Positions 1 through 13,670 of a stretch of DNA of 64,000 nucleotides are shown piece after piece. Made by a program: the position numbers and the translations under genes. Position 1 is the stretch's first letter. Every line of letters begins with the position of its first letter. The stretch comes from Mobula hypostoma (lineage: Eukaryota), in assembly GCF_963921235.1 (NCBI RefSeq), contig NC_086109.1, positions 31,002,001 to 31,066,000 of the forward strand, read 5' to 3'. The notes under the pieces are model-generated. The model did no database searches and was not told the DNA's origin. It was given only the letters and a program-made list of their open reading frames with translations.

Positions 1-208
1 GGTCTCATCTGTCACCAACCATCTTGTAATCATCTCCCTCCATCTTGTAATCATCTCCCTCCATGTCACTTTCTTATTCTGACTTTGGTTCCCTTCCGTA
101 GCAGTCCCGATGAAGGATTCAGCCTGGAAGATTCACTGTTTATTCCCCTCCATAGGTGCTGCCTGAATTATTGAGTTCCACCTACATTTTACACTATGTG
201 TGTTGCTC
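1..208 (+). mobile_element. Penelope-like element 3' terminus, degenerate, cut by the window edge
   Basis: Pyrimidine-rich tract, then cagtcCCGATGAagg...actgtttattcccctccataggtgctgcctga...gagttcc...tgtgtgttgct; same terminus as at 32260-32512. Confidence 0.7.
20..61. repeat. Perfect 21-bp tandem duplication
   Basis: catcttgtaatcatctccctc at 20-40 and 41-61. Confidence 0.9.
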
Positions 209-767
209 ATTTACTAATATTGTTTTTCTTATTGAAATTCTAATTCATGCAAAAGATAGAATCATTGCAAAAGAAGATCTCCCTTGATTTCTGTAAGTTG
301 AAAGTTTTTGGGGTTAGCTGTGAAATATGATAGTGTCCTTCCCAATGTCTAATTCGCTCTCTGGCTTTCTTCGTCTGTTTTAGATCACCCTCATCCTCCA
401 AGGCATTTTGCAAATTGATACATATTGTTGCATATTATTGTCTATTTGGCAAAGTATTGAGTTGAATTTTATAATATCTCCTGTTGTACTTCTGTAAATT
501 TATTTAAATAAGAGCCAGGTAAAGTGTGAAAGGGGGATAACATTGAGGAGAAAGTGTAGTATTCACACATTGCTTACATGGAAAGATAGGAGAAGAGGAA
601 CGTCGACCCAGACCATGCGAGGCTTGCGTCGGGCTTTTTCATGCCTTACAAGGAAAGATAATCTAGAAACTAAAACCACAAAAATTGTCCCGGAGGGAAT
701 TTGTTGCCTAAGGTTCATATCTATCACTAATACTATTTGCTTTCATCATCACCCCTTTAAAAGTTCA

Positions 768-1255
768 ACAGATAGGAAGGATGTAGAAGCTTTAGAAAGC
801 ATACAGAGTAGATTCATCAGAATGCTGCTTCGACTATAGAGCATACCATATGAACACACGTTGATCCAGCTTTTCTCTGGAGCAAAGGAGGATGAGAAGT
901 GACTTGATAGATGTTGTACAAGATGCATCAATCGAATGGATTGCCAGAGATTTTATCCCATGGCAGAAATGTTTAATAGCAGGCACATAATTTTCAGGTG
1001 ATTGGAGGAAGATATTTGGGGGCAGGCAGCAGAGTAAGTATTTTTACATAGAGAATGATGAGTGAGTGGAACATACTGCCAGGGGTGGTGGTAGAGGCAG
1101 ATATGCCAAGGGCATTTAAGAAACTCTTGGATTGACATGTGGATGAAAGAAAAATGGAGGGCAATGTAGGAGAGAAGGGATGGAGTATGTTATAAAAATC
1201 GGCGCAACATTGTGTATCGAGGTGCCTGTACTGTGCTTTAGTGTTCTATGTTCTA
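768..1255 (+). mobile_element. Old CR1-clade LINE 3' fragment
   Basis: Translates RKDVEALESIQSRFIRML (CR1 ORF2 C-terminus); ends gttctatgttcta like the copy at 47752-48018. Confidence 0.75.
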
Positions 1256-2457
1256 AATATAATAATATAATATCATTGCTTCTCTAGGTCCAGCAGTTTG
1301 ATGAATAAAATGGTATGTAACATTTAAAAAAAAAGAACTATGAAGTGGTCTGAATGGACAGAACTACAAACACAAACAGCAAATATTTAACTTACTGTGA
1401 GAATATACTGTATTTAACAAATTTAGGCAATGCTGATCTTTTTGATATTAATGGAGAATGCTCCCAACATCTTTCATCTCAAAATAAAGAGCCTAATGCT
1501 AATTAATACCTTTTATCAGCTTGTGTTTGTTATATTTGCATTAGCAACCTGCATCATTTGTTAATATATTTGCATTCGGAATGAACCAATCAATAACCTT
1601 TGGTTTATTTCACCAATTAAAAAGCTTGACTATTACTCAAAACGACTTCTCTGTCTTTAATATTTCTTACTACAGGTTTTGTATTCCCCACAACTTGAGG
1701 TTCATAGTAGGAGGTCAACTTTATTAAATGGATTGAATCAAGTCTGGGATGGAGAGTCTATCTACTCTGGCCAGATTTAACAAGCATCTGCTGTAAATCA
1801 TTAGCAGAAAGTACATTATGTTCCATATGACTGCAGTAGATAGAAAAATGACTCACTGCTAGAACTTTTGTGTAAAGACCAAGTGACTTTGTTAAGCTTT
1901 GCTTGAAAATTCCATGGGGAGTTGAAACAAAAAAAAGACACAGCAGGAAACTTAGATTTATGTAGACACTTTAATGTAGTAAGATGCCCCAAGGAAAATT
2001 TACAAAGATGAAAAAGAAAGACTATGAATTTTCATTGAGATAATCAAGGCATCAGGTCATCACAAAGCATATTCCAGCTAATTAAGCATTCTGAAGAACT
2101 CTCTCCCACATTGTGAGATAGACAACAGCCAATTTGCCCCCACAGCAATGTAATAATAAGTAGATATGTAGATAAAGGGAAAACATCGACAAAGATACTG
2201 AGAATAACTTTTTACTTCAAATTTGCCATGAAAACCTTTAGGTTCTATTGAGGTGGACGAAGAAGCCTCAATCGCATCCAAAAGATAGCAACAATGACAA
2301 TGTAGAACTGTATTTAACTTTAAAACCAAAGTTTTACATCAACAAACTGGAGAAACATATATTAGGCAAATATAATCAAGTGGACATAATGTATAAACAA
2401 ATCTAACTGATTAAAATATGAAAACATGTAAGATGGGAAATTACTATTTGTAGACTT

Positions 2458-2631
2458 GAGATACTGTAGATGCTGGAGCAATGCACAAAAAGTCATGGGA
2501 ACTGAACAGGTCAGGTAGTATCTACAGAGGCAAATGGACTGTCCATGTTTTGGGTGAAGACCTGAAATTTTGACTGTCCTTTTCCCCCCATTGATGCTGC
2601 CTAATCTGCTGAGTTCTTCCAGCATTTTGTG
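2458..2631. mobile_element. Fold-back element made of two inverted Penelope termini
   Basis: cacaaaa..ggaactgaacaggtcaggtagtatc (2484-2522) mirrors gatgctgcctaatctgctgagttcttccagcattttgtg (to 2631), centred near 2552-2562. Confidence 0.7.
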
Positions 2632-4751
2632 AATTACACTCGCAATTGTGCAAGACAGAAAACAGAAAGGAAAGAGCAGACTTTATACTCGACAAAAAAG
2701 GGGTAGGTTTTGCTGAGAGGATCCAATCTTTTCTCTCCTGAGTCCCAGTGACTTCAGATTCCCATACAAGTGTGTGTGAATGCTGGAGTTCCACATTTTG
2801 GCAGCTGTTCATCACTAATTTAATGAAAGCACCCCACTGCTAGTCTCTGTGCAGTTATGATGTGGGCACTTCTCAAACAATCTAATCCAATTTACTTTGA
2901 TGCAGGAAATTCTTCTTCATTGATTTCAAATGAAGAGAATGTCTGCAATTAGTTAAGTGTTTCTGGTTTTAAATAATTTTGAAAATGAGCTTACTTGATT
3001 ATATAAATCACTTTTATGTTTCAATCCAACTTTTTTAATAGCCTGTTTTTTTAAATTTTTGGATGTTTATAAATGCATCTGAATATCAGAGACTACCGAT
3101 TCTTTCATGGGTATTATACACAACTACTGAAGACCAATGTTGAGAAGATTGTATTTCAGTAATCTGTTCTCAGCGAATCCTTGGCAACACAGCCTTTGAA
3201 GTTGCATTATCTTAATGGCTTATTATTAGGCTCCTACTTCACACTCTCCATTAATGGCAAGATCAATAGAAGCCTGAAGATCATGTGTTCATCACTGGAT
3301 CATTCAGGTGTTTATCTTGTCATGAAGAAGGTCATCAACCTTGATTGAATTAACCACTGGAGCAGAATGATTTCTTCCTCATGTGGTGAAACTTCCCAAG
3401 CCTAAAGTTCTGTTTTCAATACATTTGTATCGTAATAAAGTAAATCAAGGCTATTTACATAGCAGGCAAGAAAATGCTACACATTTTAATATTGGATCTT
3501 ATTCTAGGCATTAGAATAGATTTTAGCTCAGATAAAATTTTGAATGATGGACAGAATCTTATTGCTATTCTAACTGAACATATGAGTTGCAAATGATAGA
3601 TTCTTCGGGGAAATGTTACCTATAATCATCACACATAATTTTCTTATCCTTTAAAGAAGCTGTAATTCAACACATCTGAAAAGAAATTATAAGGGCCGAA
3701 GTGAATCAATTGTCTTTGCACAGCAGATTCAGTCTCCCAAGGCAAGACTAGACAAAAATAAATTGCTGGAAATCTTAAAGGAGAAGAGAAATTGCTGGAA
3801 ACACTTACACAGCATTGGTGGAAAAGGAGTGTGTGACCAGTTTTATCGGCCACATTATAAACCTTACTTTGGATCGATGTGTTTAGCCTGCAGATTTTTG
3901 AGGGCTGTTTGTCATGCACAAGATATCAAATGGTGTATAGTGCAGATTTTAACATCACTTGTGCAAAATTGTTCTGCACAGACCAGATTCACAAACAATG
4001 AACAACATCTACACTGAATTGGACCATAACTAGGTGTCTGAGACTCGCTTCAACACCAGTCAAAAGTCCTAGTCTTAACTAGGCTGCTAATATGGAGACT
4101 AATACATCCAACTCTTTGTGGATAGATTCTGTTTTAACTCTTAATGTGAATTTTAGTGATTATTCCTCTGCATCCCCCTTTCACAGCCTAAGTTCTCAGG
4201 CTTGATGGTCTCCCTGATAACTCTGTCAATCACTTCTGTGACAGCCTACCCTAACTCAAACTGATCATTTCCCCAACTGACTCCTTCTGTTATCTTTTCC
4301 TTAATCAGCACTCACTCCTGGCTGAGGTACTCCGACATCCACTTCCCCCGGCTAACTATATCTGTCTCCATAATCATATCAATCCCACCCCTCCAGACGT
4401 GATATTTGCTTTATCTTTCTCCATGTAGCCCTCTTTCCATTGAACCTCTCACCCCTTATCACTAGTCTGCTTTTGAATTCACTAACTCTGTAACTTTCAC
4501 CTTCACATGGAATAAATGTCATGATTAATATATACTTTAAAATGATAATTATGAATATAAAATCTTGCAGGCTGCCCACTTCTTGTCAATATAATCTTGT
4601 TTCCTTGAATACACTTACAATAGGAGCTGTCAATGTAAAGCTCTGTATAAATCTTAGGTTTGAAAAACAAGATCAAAGATTTGTCTGTAAACTTTAACAT
4701 GACCCAACCTATCTGGTGGGCTTCAGTTACTTAATCTTGGTATAACTTTGT

Positions 4752-5382
4752 ATTTTAGATTATGAGGACACGCAGTCCCCTTTAATTGTCATTTAGTAAT
4801 GCATGCATTAAGAAATGATGCAATGTTTTTCCAGAATGATATCACAGAAACACATGACAAACCGACTTAAAAACTAACAAAAACCACATAATTATAACAT
4901 ATAGTTACAACAGTGCAAAACAATACCGTAATTTGATAAGAACAGACCATGGGCACGGTAATAGTCTCAAAGTCACTCGAAAGTCCCATCATCTCACGCA
5001 GACGGTAAACCTCCAGCGCCACCAACTTGCTAATGCAGTATCCTGGAAGCATCTGACCACAGTTCGACTCTGAGTCCGTCTGAAAATTCCGAGCCTCCGC
5101 CCAGCTCTCCGACACCGAATCAAGCACCATCTCTGCAGAGCGCTTCGACCCCAGCCCCGGCAACGGGCTACAGGCAAAGCCGAGGATTTGGGGCTTTCGT
5201 CTCTGAAGATTCTCGATCGCGCAGCGGTAGCGAAGCAGGCATTTCAGAAGTTACTTCAGGTGTTCCTCCATGCTTCTCACGGCTGTCTCCATCAAATCCG
5301 GATTGTGCACGGCCCCCTAGTTACACATAATCGATATCATTTGGAACGGCTACGTGTGCTGCATCGTGCCGCCATCTTCTCC
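4752..5382 (-). mobile_element. Non-autonomous retroposon-like interspersed repeat
   Basis: On the minus strand it starts ggagAAGATGGCGG (YY1-type motif), is GC/CpG-rich against AT-rich flanks and ends in a TG/AT-rich tail; no coding homology seen. Confidence 0.55.
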
Positions 5383-5771
5383 AGATTTTTTTTACCAGAT
5401 TTAAGATAAACTTTGTAAACAGAGTTGTTCTTGATACATTATGAACTTTTGTAGAATAATTTTACAATGTTCCCCCATGAAATGGGTCTAAATTGGCTAT
5501 TGTAAAGATAAATTCCAAGAATAATGTTAAGTATTTTGTACCTTGATTGTAATTCTTTGTTCCTAAAATATTAAAATGCTTAAAGCATCAGATGATCACT
5601 GTACAAACAGAATGAGCTAGAATGCCGCCTAGCTTGAAAGCAAATCTGTTAAATATTGAAGTGTTAAGTGTACCTTTTCCATATGCAATCATTTCTTGTG
5701 ATATCAAAAAGCCACTGGGAAATTAATTCATTTCGATCCATTTTTGTAATGTATTTTTCCTAGGATTTAGG

Positions 5772-6454
5772 TGTAGTTCCCCTGGCAAGCCTCAGGGTCG
5801 CTCAACTCGCTGTCATCTAGGAAAACAGCCCTTGGCCCTGCCAAACTGGGTAATTAAGTTTGTGTGGATGCTGTGTGATATACCCCAGCCCGCCAAATAA
5901 CTGACAATACACCATATACGATTAAATGAATTACAGATTATAGATATTACTGGAACTATATAGTTAATAGAGATAAAGTATAAAAGGAAAATAAAAGGCA
6001 CCACACTTATCAAAGTTCAATCTCTTCATGCACAAACGATTGGAGCTGTAGTAACGATCTTCTGTTCACCATTCAATCCCCCCCGACCACCTCGATCTGC
6101 CGCCTAGGACCAACCTCGGTGGTCGACCAGACGCTCCACATGAGTCTGTCTCCGTCTCCTCTCCTCGCCAAAGACCCTGGACCTCAGATGCTCGCGGTCC
6201 GAGCCCATTAGCCAGCTCAAGCACCTTGTCCATTCTCTCTCCATCCATCGCACCTTCTGCCCAAAACCCCGTGCATCACAATAGCTTACAGACACACTAG
6301 AAAGAATAACATAGACACCCATTGGTTCATTTGCTCTGTTATTAATAATATACCCAAACAAGCTGCTAACAAGAGAACTTTCTCAGCATTTAACATAACA
6401 AAGAATCCATTTGAATTAGCCTACGCAGTAACGTAAAAGAAGAAACCCCTTACA
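5772..6454. mobile_element. Solo LTR, Gypsy- or ERV-like, 683 bp
   Basis: Termini TGTA...TACA; exact 4-bp target-site duplication TAGG at 5768-5771 and 6455-6458; CpG-rich interior. Confidence 0.8.
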
Positions 6455-6458
6455 TAGG

Positions 6459-7070
6459 CATTGCTAGTGAGTCCAGCATTTATTGCTCATCCTAGATAGC
6501 CTGAGGAAGTGGTGGTGAGCCAACATCTTGAACCCCTGGTGAAGGTGCTTCTGCAATGCTATTGGATAGGGAGTTCTGGATTTCCAACCCAAAGTCAATG
6601 TTGGAATAACAATATCCTTCCAAACCAAGGTGCTATGTGACTTGCAGGTGATGGTATTCACATGTGCCTGCTGATCTTATTTTCCTGGGAGGTAGAAATC
6701 ATGGATTTGTCAAGTGTTGTTGAAGGAGAACATATGTGTATCTGTACTGTCTTTGCAGATAGTGCACACTGAAGTCATTGTGTACTGATAGCAGAGAGAA
6801 TGTATGTTTTGAGTGACAGATGGGGTGCCTTTGTCCTGAATGGTGTTAAGCTGCTTGATTTTTTTGGAGCTGCATATTCCATGTCACTCCTCACCTGTAC
6901 CTAGTAGATAGTAGAATGGCTTACAGGTAACAGAAACGAAGTGACTTGCTGCAGCGTACCCAGCATCTGACTTGTTCTTGTAGCCACCTTATATATGTGA
7001 CTGATGCATTCTGGTTAATCATCGTCTCCAGGACATAGATAATGGAGAGTCTGGCAATGAAAATGCCATC
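6459..7070 (-). mobile_element. Old CR1/L2-clade LINE 3' fragment
   Basis: Minus ORF 6464-6661 ends QGFKMLAHHHFL, resembling a LINE ORF2 end (RFKKAAHHHLL type) followed by aataaatgctgg. Confidence 0.55.
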
Positions 7071-8189
7071 TACATTACATTTTAGGATGGAAAAACTTGA
7101 TTAAGCAAATAATAAATAGGAAAACGTAACAGTATTTCTTAGAGGACAATGAAGAACATTTTGCTGTGCCACTTGATAAATGTTATGATTATTTCTATCT
7201 ATAATCAGCACAGCAGCTCACATGCAGTGGCGGTAATCTCACAACAATGCAGTGCAGGATGATACATTGCCAGCTGTCTGTTCCAAATCTGGAACTAAAG
7301 AAAGTAACCGCGGTTGATAGGAAAGGTTATCAGCTATTTTCCAAGTAAATTCTTCAAACATCTCTTTCTCTGTCCTATTCTCCTTTCATCCTGCTGCCCT
7401 TGTCTAATTCATCAGTATATTTCTTTTTTGACTTTTATCACTCTCTTTCTTCTATTTTCTTTTTGATTTCTCTGCATTTCATCTTGTGCCTAGAGGCATC
7501 TAAAGAAGGGTATTCTTCACTGCAATAGATTAACTAATAGTAAAGTTTCAGTATTAATGAGCTGTGGCTAAGTTTCCCTTTGCTGGGGCAATCCTTGACA
7601 TTTTTGATATTAGTACCATTGCAGTATTAAATTCCTAACTGATTTACATTTTTAAAGTGTTGGGCTAATTATATGCAGCACATTTAATGTTACATGACAA
7701 GCAAATTCTATTCAACATTGAACTATTTTCATGCAGGTTTATAAACCACATGTGGTTACACTATGATCTTCCAAAGAGTCAGTGGTTGAAAATTTAATTC
7801 CTAATCAGTGTTCCTGAGTATGCAGCCCACTTTCAAGTGACCTTCATTTTAAAAGTGCTCAGGAAATGAACGCATATCATTACTTCTGGTTTGACCTATT
7901 GATGAGGTAGCAATATTGGTTGGTAGAATGTAAGAATGTATTAAATGAAAAGCAATTCTAATCTTGTTATCAAATTATCACTAGGAACCTTCAGAAAGGT
8001 CTGTGATAAAATATCCTCAACATTACTAATTTGTTTTAAGTTATTACCAATGTGCAGAAGATAACTTTTACAAATGTAATGGTTTTGATTACTTTACCTG
8101 ACTGTGATGTTAGGTTGCAATGTGCTGGGAATCTAATCCTTTGAAACTCTACGTATCAATTAATTTTCTGTAGAATTATAAAACGATAC

Positions 8190-8986
8190 AACACAGGAAG
8201 AGGTCCTTTCTTCCCATCATGTCCAAGCCAAATGTGATGCCTATATAAAATAATTGCATTTGCCTGCATTAGGCTCATATCCCTCCATGTGGGGTGGCAT
8301 GTTAACATAGCAGTTAGGTTAACACTATTACAGCACTACCGATCATCGATCAGGTTTCGACTCCTGCAGCCGCCTATAAGGAGTTTATACATTCCTCCTG
8401 TGAACACACGGGTTTCCTCTGGGTGCTCTGGTTTTCTCCTATATTCCAAAAGGCACATGGGTTAGGGTTAATGAGTCATGACCATGATGTGTTGACCCTG
8501 GAAGCATGTCGAAACCTACGGACTGCCCAGCACAATCTTCGCTGATTTGATTTGATGCAAACGACACATTTCACTGTTTGTTTTGATGTTTCAATGTGCA
8601 TGTGACAAATTAACCTAATCTTTCTAATCTTATCTTTTCCCTATCCAAGTAACTGTCCAAATACCTTTTAAATGTTATAATTGTGTCTGTCTTTATCACC
8701 TTTTCTGTCAGCTCATTCCAAATAACCATAACTATCTTTGTGCAAAACGTACCCTTCAGGTCGCCTCTAAGTTTCTATCCACTCACCTTAAATATGTGAC
8801 CTCTAGCTCCAGGCTCCCCTGCCTTTGGGGAAAAAGAAAGATTATTTATGCTTTAATCACTCATCGGTCTTCTAAATCCTACTGAGAATAAACATAATGT
8901 ATCCAATACCCCTTACAACTAGAGACCTCTATTCCAGTCAACGTCCTGTTTAATGTCCTCTGTACTCTCTCCATTGGTACTACATC
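8190..8986 (-). mobile_element. Old CR1 3' fragment; continues at 12964-13098 after a younger CR1 insertion
   Basis: Reverse-complement CR1 3' sequence; ...tactacatc (8986) joins ctttctgttatttggtgac...aatactcc (from 12965). Confidence 0.65.
8291..8630 (+). mobile_element. tRNA-derived V-domain SINE
   Basis: B-box-like ggtttcgactcc; V-domain ggagttt...gggtttcctctgggtgctctggtttt...tccaaa; tail gtgacaaattaacctaatcttt. Confidence 0.8.
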
Positions 8987-11900
8987 GATTGATATGGAAG
9001 AATGAGGAGGTGATGGACAGGAGCTACAGGGAGGTACTTACCCCTAGGTTGCAGGAGACAGGTAACTGGGTGACTGACAGGAGGAAGAGGGGACATGCAC
9101 GAGTGCAGAGTATGCAGAGTACACCTGTGGTCGTTACCCTCAATAATAAGTATATAACTTAGAAACTATTAAAAAGGACAAACTACTGGGGGAGCCACAG
9201 TGACCAGGTCTCTGGCACAGTAACCAAGTCTGGTGCTGTGGCTCAGAAGAACAGAGAGGTGAAGAGGACTGCAGTATTGATAGGAGATTCATTAGTCAGA
9301 GGAACGGAGACAATGTTCTGTGGATGCGATAGAGAAACTTAGATGGTAGGTTGCCTGCCTGCCTGGTGCCAGGATCAGGGACGTCTTGGATCATTTCCAT
9401 GCAAATCTCAAGGGTGACAGTGAGCAGCCAGAAGAAGTCTTGGTACATGTCGGCACCAAAGACATAGGTAGACAAGGTGAGGAGGTCCTGAAGAGAGATT
9501 TTAGGGTGCTAGGTAGAAAGCTGAGAAACAAGATTTCCAGAGAATTGATTTCTGGATTGCTGCCTGTGCCACACACCAGTAAGAGTAAGAACAGGATGAT
9601 TTGGCAGGTGAATACATGGCTGAGGAATGTTCAGGGGGAGGGGTTCAGATTTATGGATCATTGGGATCTCTTCTGGGGAAAGTATCACTTGTACAAAAGG
9701 TACAGGTTACACCTGAACCCAAGGGGGGGGGTGTTCAATATCCTTGCTGACAGGTTGGCTAGAGTTGTTCAGATGAGTTTAAACTAATTTGGCAGGAGGA
9801 TGGGAACAGGAGTGATGGTGCTGAAGATGGGATAGTCGGTCTACAAACAGAGGCAGTGTGTAGTGAGACTCCTAGTAAGGAAAGGCTGATGCTAGGGCAA
9901 AATTGCAGTCAAGAGAATGAGCTGCAACTTAAAAGGCAGATAAAATGGAGAAGGATGAATACAGGACTAAAGGCATTATATTTGAATGTGCACAGTGTGC
10001 AGAATAAGGTGAATAAACTTGTAGCACAGTCACAGATTGGCAGGTACAGTGTTGTAGGCATTACTGATTCATGGCTGAAAGATTATAGATGGGAGCTTAA
10101 TGTCAAGCATACATGTTGTATCAAAAGGATAGGCAGGAAGGCAGAGGGGGTGGCCTGGCTCTGTCAATAAAAAAACGCTACCTCACTTTTTAAAAAAATG
10201 TATAGTATTTCTGTTTTTGCACATATTTTATTCTATTCAATATACATAAACTGTATAAAGTATACTGAATAAGATTATTTATTATTTTTTTTCTTCTATA
10301 TTATGTATTGCATTGAACTACTGCTACTAAGTTAACAAATTTCACGTCACATGCCGGTGATAATAAGCCTGATTCTGATTCTGAAGTAGGTCATTAGGAG
10401 CAGGTGACCTAGGCCTAGAAGGTGTTGAATCATTTTGGATAGAGCTAAGGAACTACAAGGGTAAAAAGATCCTGATGGGAGTTATATACAGACCCCCAAA
10501 AAGTAGTAAGTTACAATGGGGGATAGAAAATGCATGCCAAAATGGCAATGTTACAATAGTCATGGGGAATTTAATACGAAGGCAGATTGGGAAAATCAGG
10601 TTGGTGTGGGATCCCAAGAGGGGGAATTTGGAGAATACATTCGAGATAGCTTTTTAGAGCAGCTCGTGGTTGAGCCCACTAGCCCCACTAGGTATTCTGG
10701 ATTGGGTATTCACAGATTGGGAAATGAACCGGAGTTGAATAGAGAGATTAAGGTAAGATAACCCTTACGGGCAATATGATTAAATTCAAATTTCAATTTA
10801 AGAAAGAGAAACCGAAGTCAGATGTATCAGTACTATAGTGGATTTAAGGAAATTACAGAGGCATAAGAAAATAGTGAGTCAGAATTGATTAGAAGGGAAC
10901 ACTGGCAGGAATGACAGCAGAGCAGCAATGGTTGGAGTTTCTAGAAGCAGTTTGGAAGGCACAAGATATACATCCCAAAGATGAAGAAGTATTTTAAAGT
11001 CAAGATGACACAAACTTGACTAACAAGGCGAGTCAAAGCCAGCATAAAAGCCAAAGAGAGGACATATAATAGAGCAAAAATTAATGGGGTTAGAAGATTG
11101 GGAAGCTTTTAAATACTAACAGAAGGGAACTAAAAACATCATGAAGAAGGTCAAGATGGAATATGAAATTAAGCTAGCAATAATATTAAAGAGGATACCA
11201 AAAGTTTCTTCAGACACATAAAATGTAAAAGAGGCAAGAGTGAATATTGGACTGGTGAAAAATGATGCTGGAGAGGTAGTAATGGAAGACAAGGAAATGG
11301 CAGCTGAACTAAATAAGTATTTTGCATCCCGCCTTCACTGCTGAAGACACTAGCAGTATGATGGATGCTCCAGGTGTCGGGGGCATGAAATGTGTGAAGC
11401 TACCAGTACTAGAGAGAAGGTTCTTGGGAAAATGAAAAGTCTGAAGGTAGGTAAGTCACCTGGACCAGATGGTTCTTCCCAGGGTTCTGAAAGAGGTTCC
11501 TGAAGAGATTGCAGAGGCATTACTAATGATCTTACAAGGATTATTAGATTCTTGAATGGTTCTGGATAACTGGAAAATTGCAAACATCACTCCACTCTTC
11601 AATAAGCGAGAGAGGTAGATGAAAGTCTGACTTCAGTGGTTGGGAAGATGTTGGAGTTGATTGATAAGGATGTGGTTTTGGGATACTTGGAAGCAAATAA
11701 TAAAATAGGCCATAGTCATTATTGCTTCCTCAAGGAAAAATCTTGCCTGACAAATCTGTTGGAATTCTTTGGAGAAATAAGCCGGATAGACAAAGGAGAA
11801 TTGGTTGATGTTGTGTGCTTGGATTTTCAGAAGGCTTTTAACAAAATGCCACACATAAGGTTGCTTAACAAGTTAAGAGCCCATGGCATTACAGAAAAAA

Positions 11901-12963
11901 ATCTGCCATGGTTAAAGCATGGATGATTGGCAGGAGGCAAACAGTGGGAATAAAGGGAGCCTTTTCTGGTTGGCTGCCAGTGCCTAGTGATGATCCACAG
12001 TGGGTCTGTATTTAGAACTGATTCTTTTTATGTTATATGTCAATGATATGGATGACAGAACTGATGGCTTTGTTGCAAAGCTTGCAGACCATGCAGAGAT
12101 AGGTGGAGGGCAGGTAGTTTTAAGGAAGTAGAGAGGCTACAGAAGGACTTGGACAGATTAGGAGAATGGGCAAAGAAGTGGCAGATGGAATGCTGTGTTG
12201 GAAAGGGTACAGCTATGCACTTTGGTAGAAGAAATGAAAAGAGGAAGGAAATGGAGAAAAAATACAATAATCTGAGGTGCAAATGGAGTCCTTGTGCAGG
12301 ATTCACCAAAGGTTAATTTGCAGGTTGAGTCTGTGGTGAGGAGGGCAAATGTGATGTTAGCATCTATTTCAAGAGATCTAGAATATAAATGCAAAGATGT
12401 AATGTTGAAAGTTTATTAAGCACTGGTGAAGCCTCACTTAAAGCATTGTGAGCGGAATGTGCTGAAACTGAAGAGCATTCAAAGGAGGTTTACGAAAATG
12501 ATTCCAGGATTAAACAGCTTATCACATGAAAAGCATTTGATGGCTCTGGGCCTGTATTCACTGGAATTTCAAAGAATGTGGGGTGACCAAATTGAAGCTC
12601 ACTGAAAAGCCTTCATAGAGTGGATATACAGAGGATATTTCCTATGGTGAAACTGTCTAGGATCAGAGCACATAACCTCAAAATAGATGGGCTTCCTTTT
12701 ATAATGGAGATGAGGACGAATTTCTTTAACCAGAGAGTTGTGTATTTGTGGAATTTGTTGCCACAAACAGCTGTGGAGGCCAAGTATTTATGTATATTTA
12801 AGGCAGATTTAGATAGATTCTTGATTGGTCAGGACATTAAGGGATACAGGGAGAAGGCAGGAGATTGGGGCTGAGAGGAAAAATGATCAGCCATGATAAA
12901 ATGGCAGAGCAAACTTGATAGGCAAAATGGCTTAATTCTACTCCTATACCTTTATGGTCTTAT
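8987..12963 (+). mobile_element. CR1 LINE, near full length, with decayed ORF1 (SGNH esterase) and ORF2 (APE endonuclease plus RT)
   Basis: ORF1 VLVHVGTKDIG...DHWDLFWG..LHLNPRG (9386-9787); APE ALYLNVHS, GVIYRPP; RT SCLTNLLEFF..LDFQKAFNK; tail tatggtcttat; many stops and frameshifts. Confidence 0.92.
10177..10384 (+). mobile_element. Rex1/Babar-like 3' tail inserted in CR1 ORF2
   Basis: Matches the 3' end of the element at 59241-61088 (taagttaacaaatttcacg...gccggtgataataa) and ends in (ttctga)n. Confidence 0.8.
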
Positions 12964-13239
12964 CCTTTCTGTTATTTGGTGACAACTGAACACAATACTC
13001 CAAGATGAATCTAAGCAATGTTTGGTGCAGCTGTAACATGATGTCTCAACTCTTATATGCAACACCTCAGCCTATGAAGACAAATATAGCAAATACCAAA
13101 TTTTGTTCTTAAGATGAGTCTTTCCATTCTAAGACATTTAAAATGTTATCTATTTTTGGGAAATGTGGCTTCTCCATTACCATTGTTGATGAAGCCTTCA
13201 TTCACATTTCTTCAATGTTCTGGAAGTCTCTCAACATCC

Positions 13240-13670
13240 TCTCTCAAACAAAACAGAGTTAGCAAAATCATCTCTTACTCTACCAGCCTTCATGTGCAGC
13301 ACATCATTCTTCATCGTTTTCTCCAGCTACAATGAGGTCCCACCACCAGTCTCATTTTCCCCTCCCATCCTTCTTCTCTGCTCTCCATGATTTCTTGCTC
13401 TTCCCTATCATCCACCACTCCCATACCTCTTTTAGTTCCACATTATCATCTTCCATATTTATTGCATTCCATCAGTCTCTTATCACCTTCTAGCTTCTAC
13501 CTTTATCTCCACCTCTTCCCTTCCCTCACCTAGTTCCATAGCCCATCATCCCCTTCCTCGTCTAGTCTGACATAATATCTTCAGCCCCTGACTCACTACT
13601 CCCTCTCATCTCTTTATATTGTCTATCTCCCCTCTAAATCTGATGCAGTGTCTTGACTTATAATGCCAAT
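13240..13670 (+). mobile_element. Penelope-like fragment; its terminus resumes at about 15069-15137
   Basis: STSLHVQHIILHRFLQLQ matches the Penelope ORF piece at 32745; degenerate ctgatgcag motif; downstream gacccactgagttcccccagcagtttg. Confidence 0.65.
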
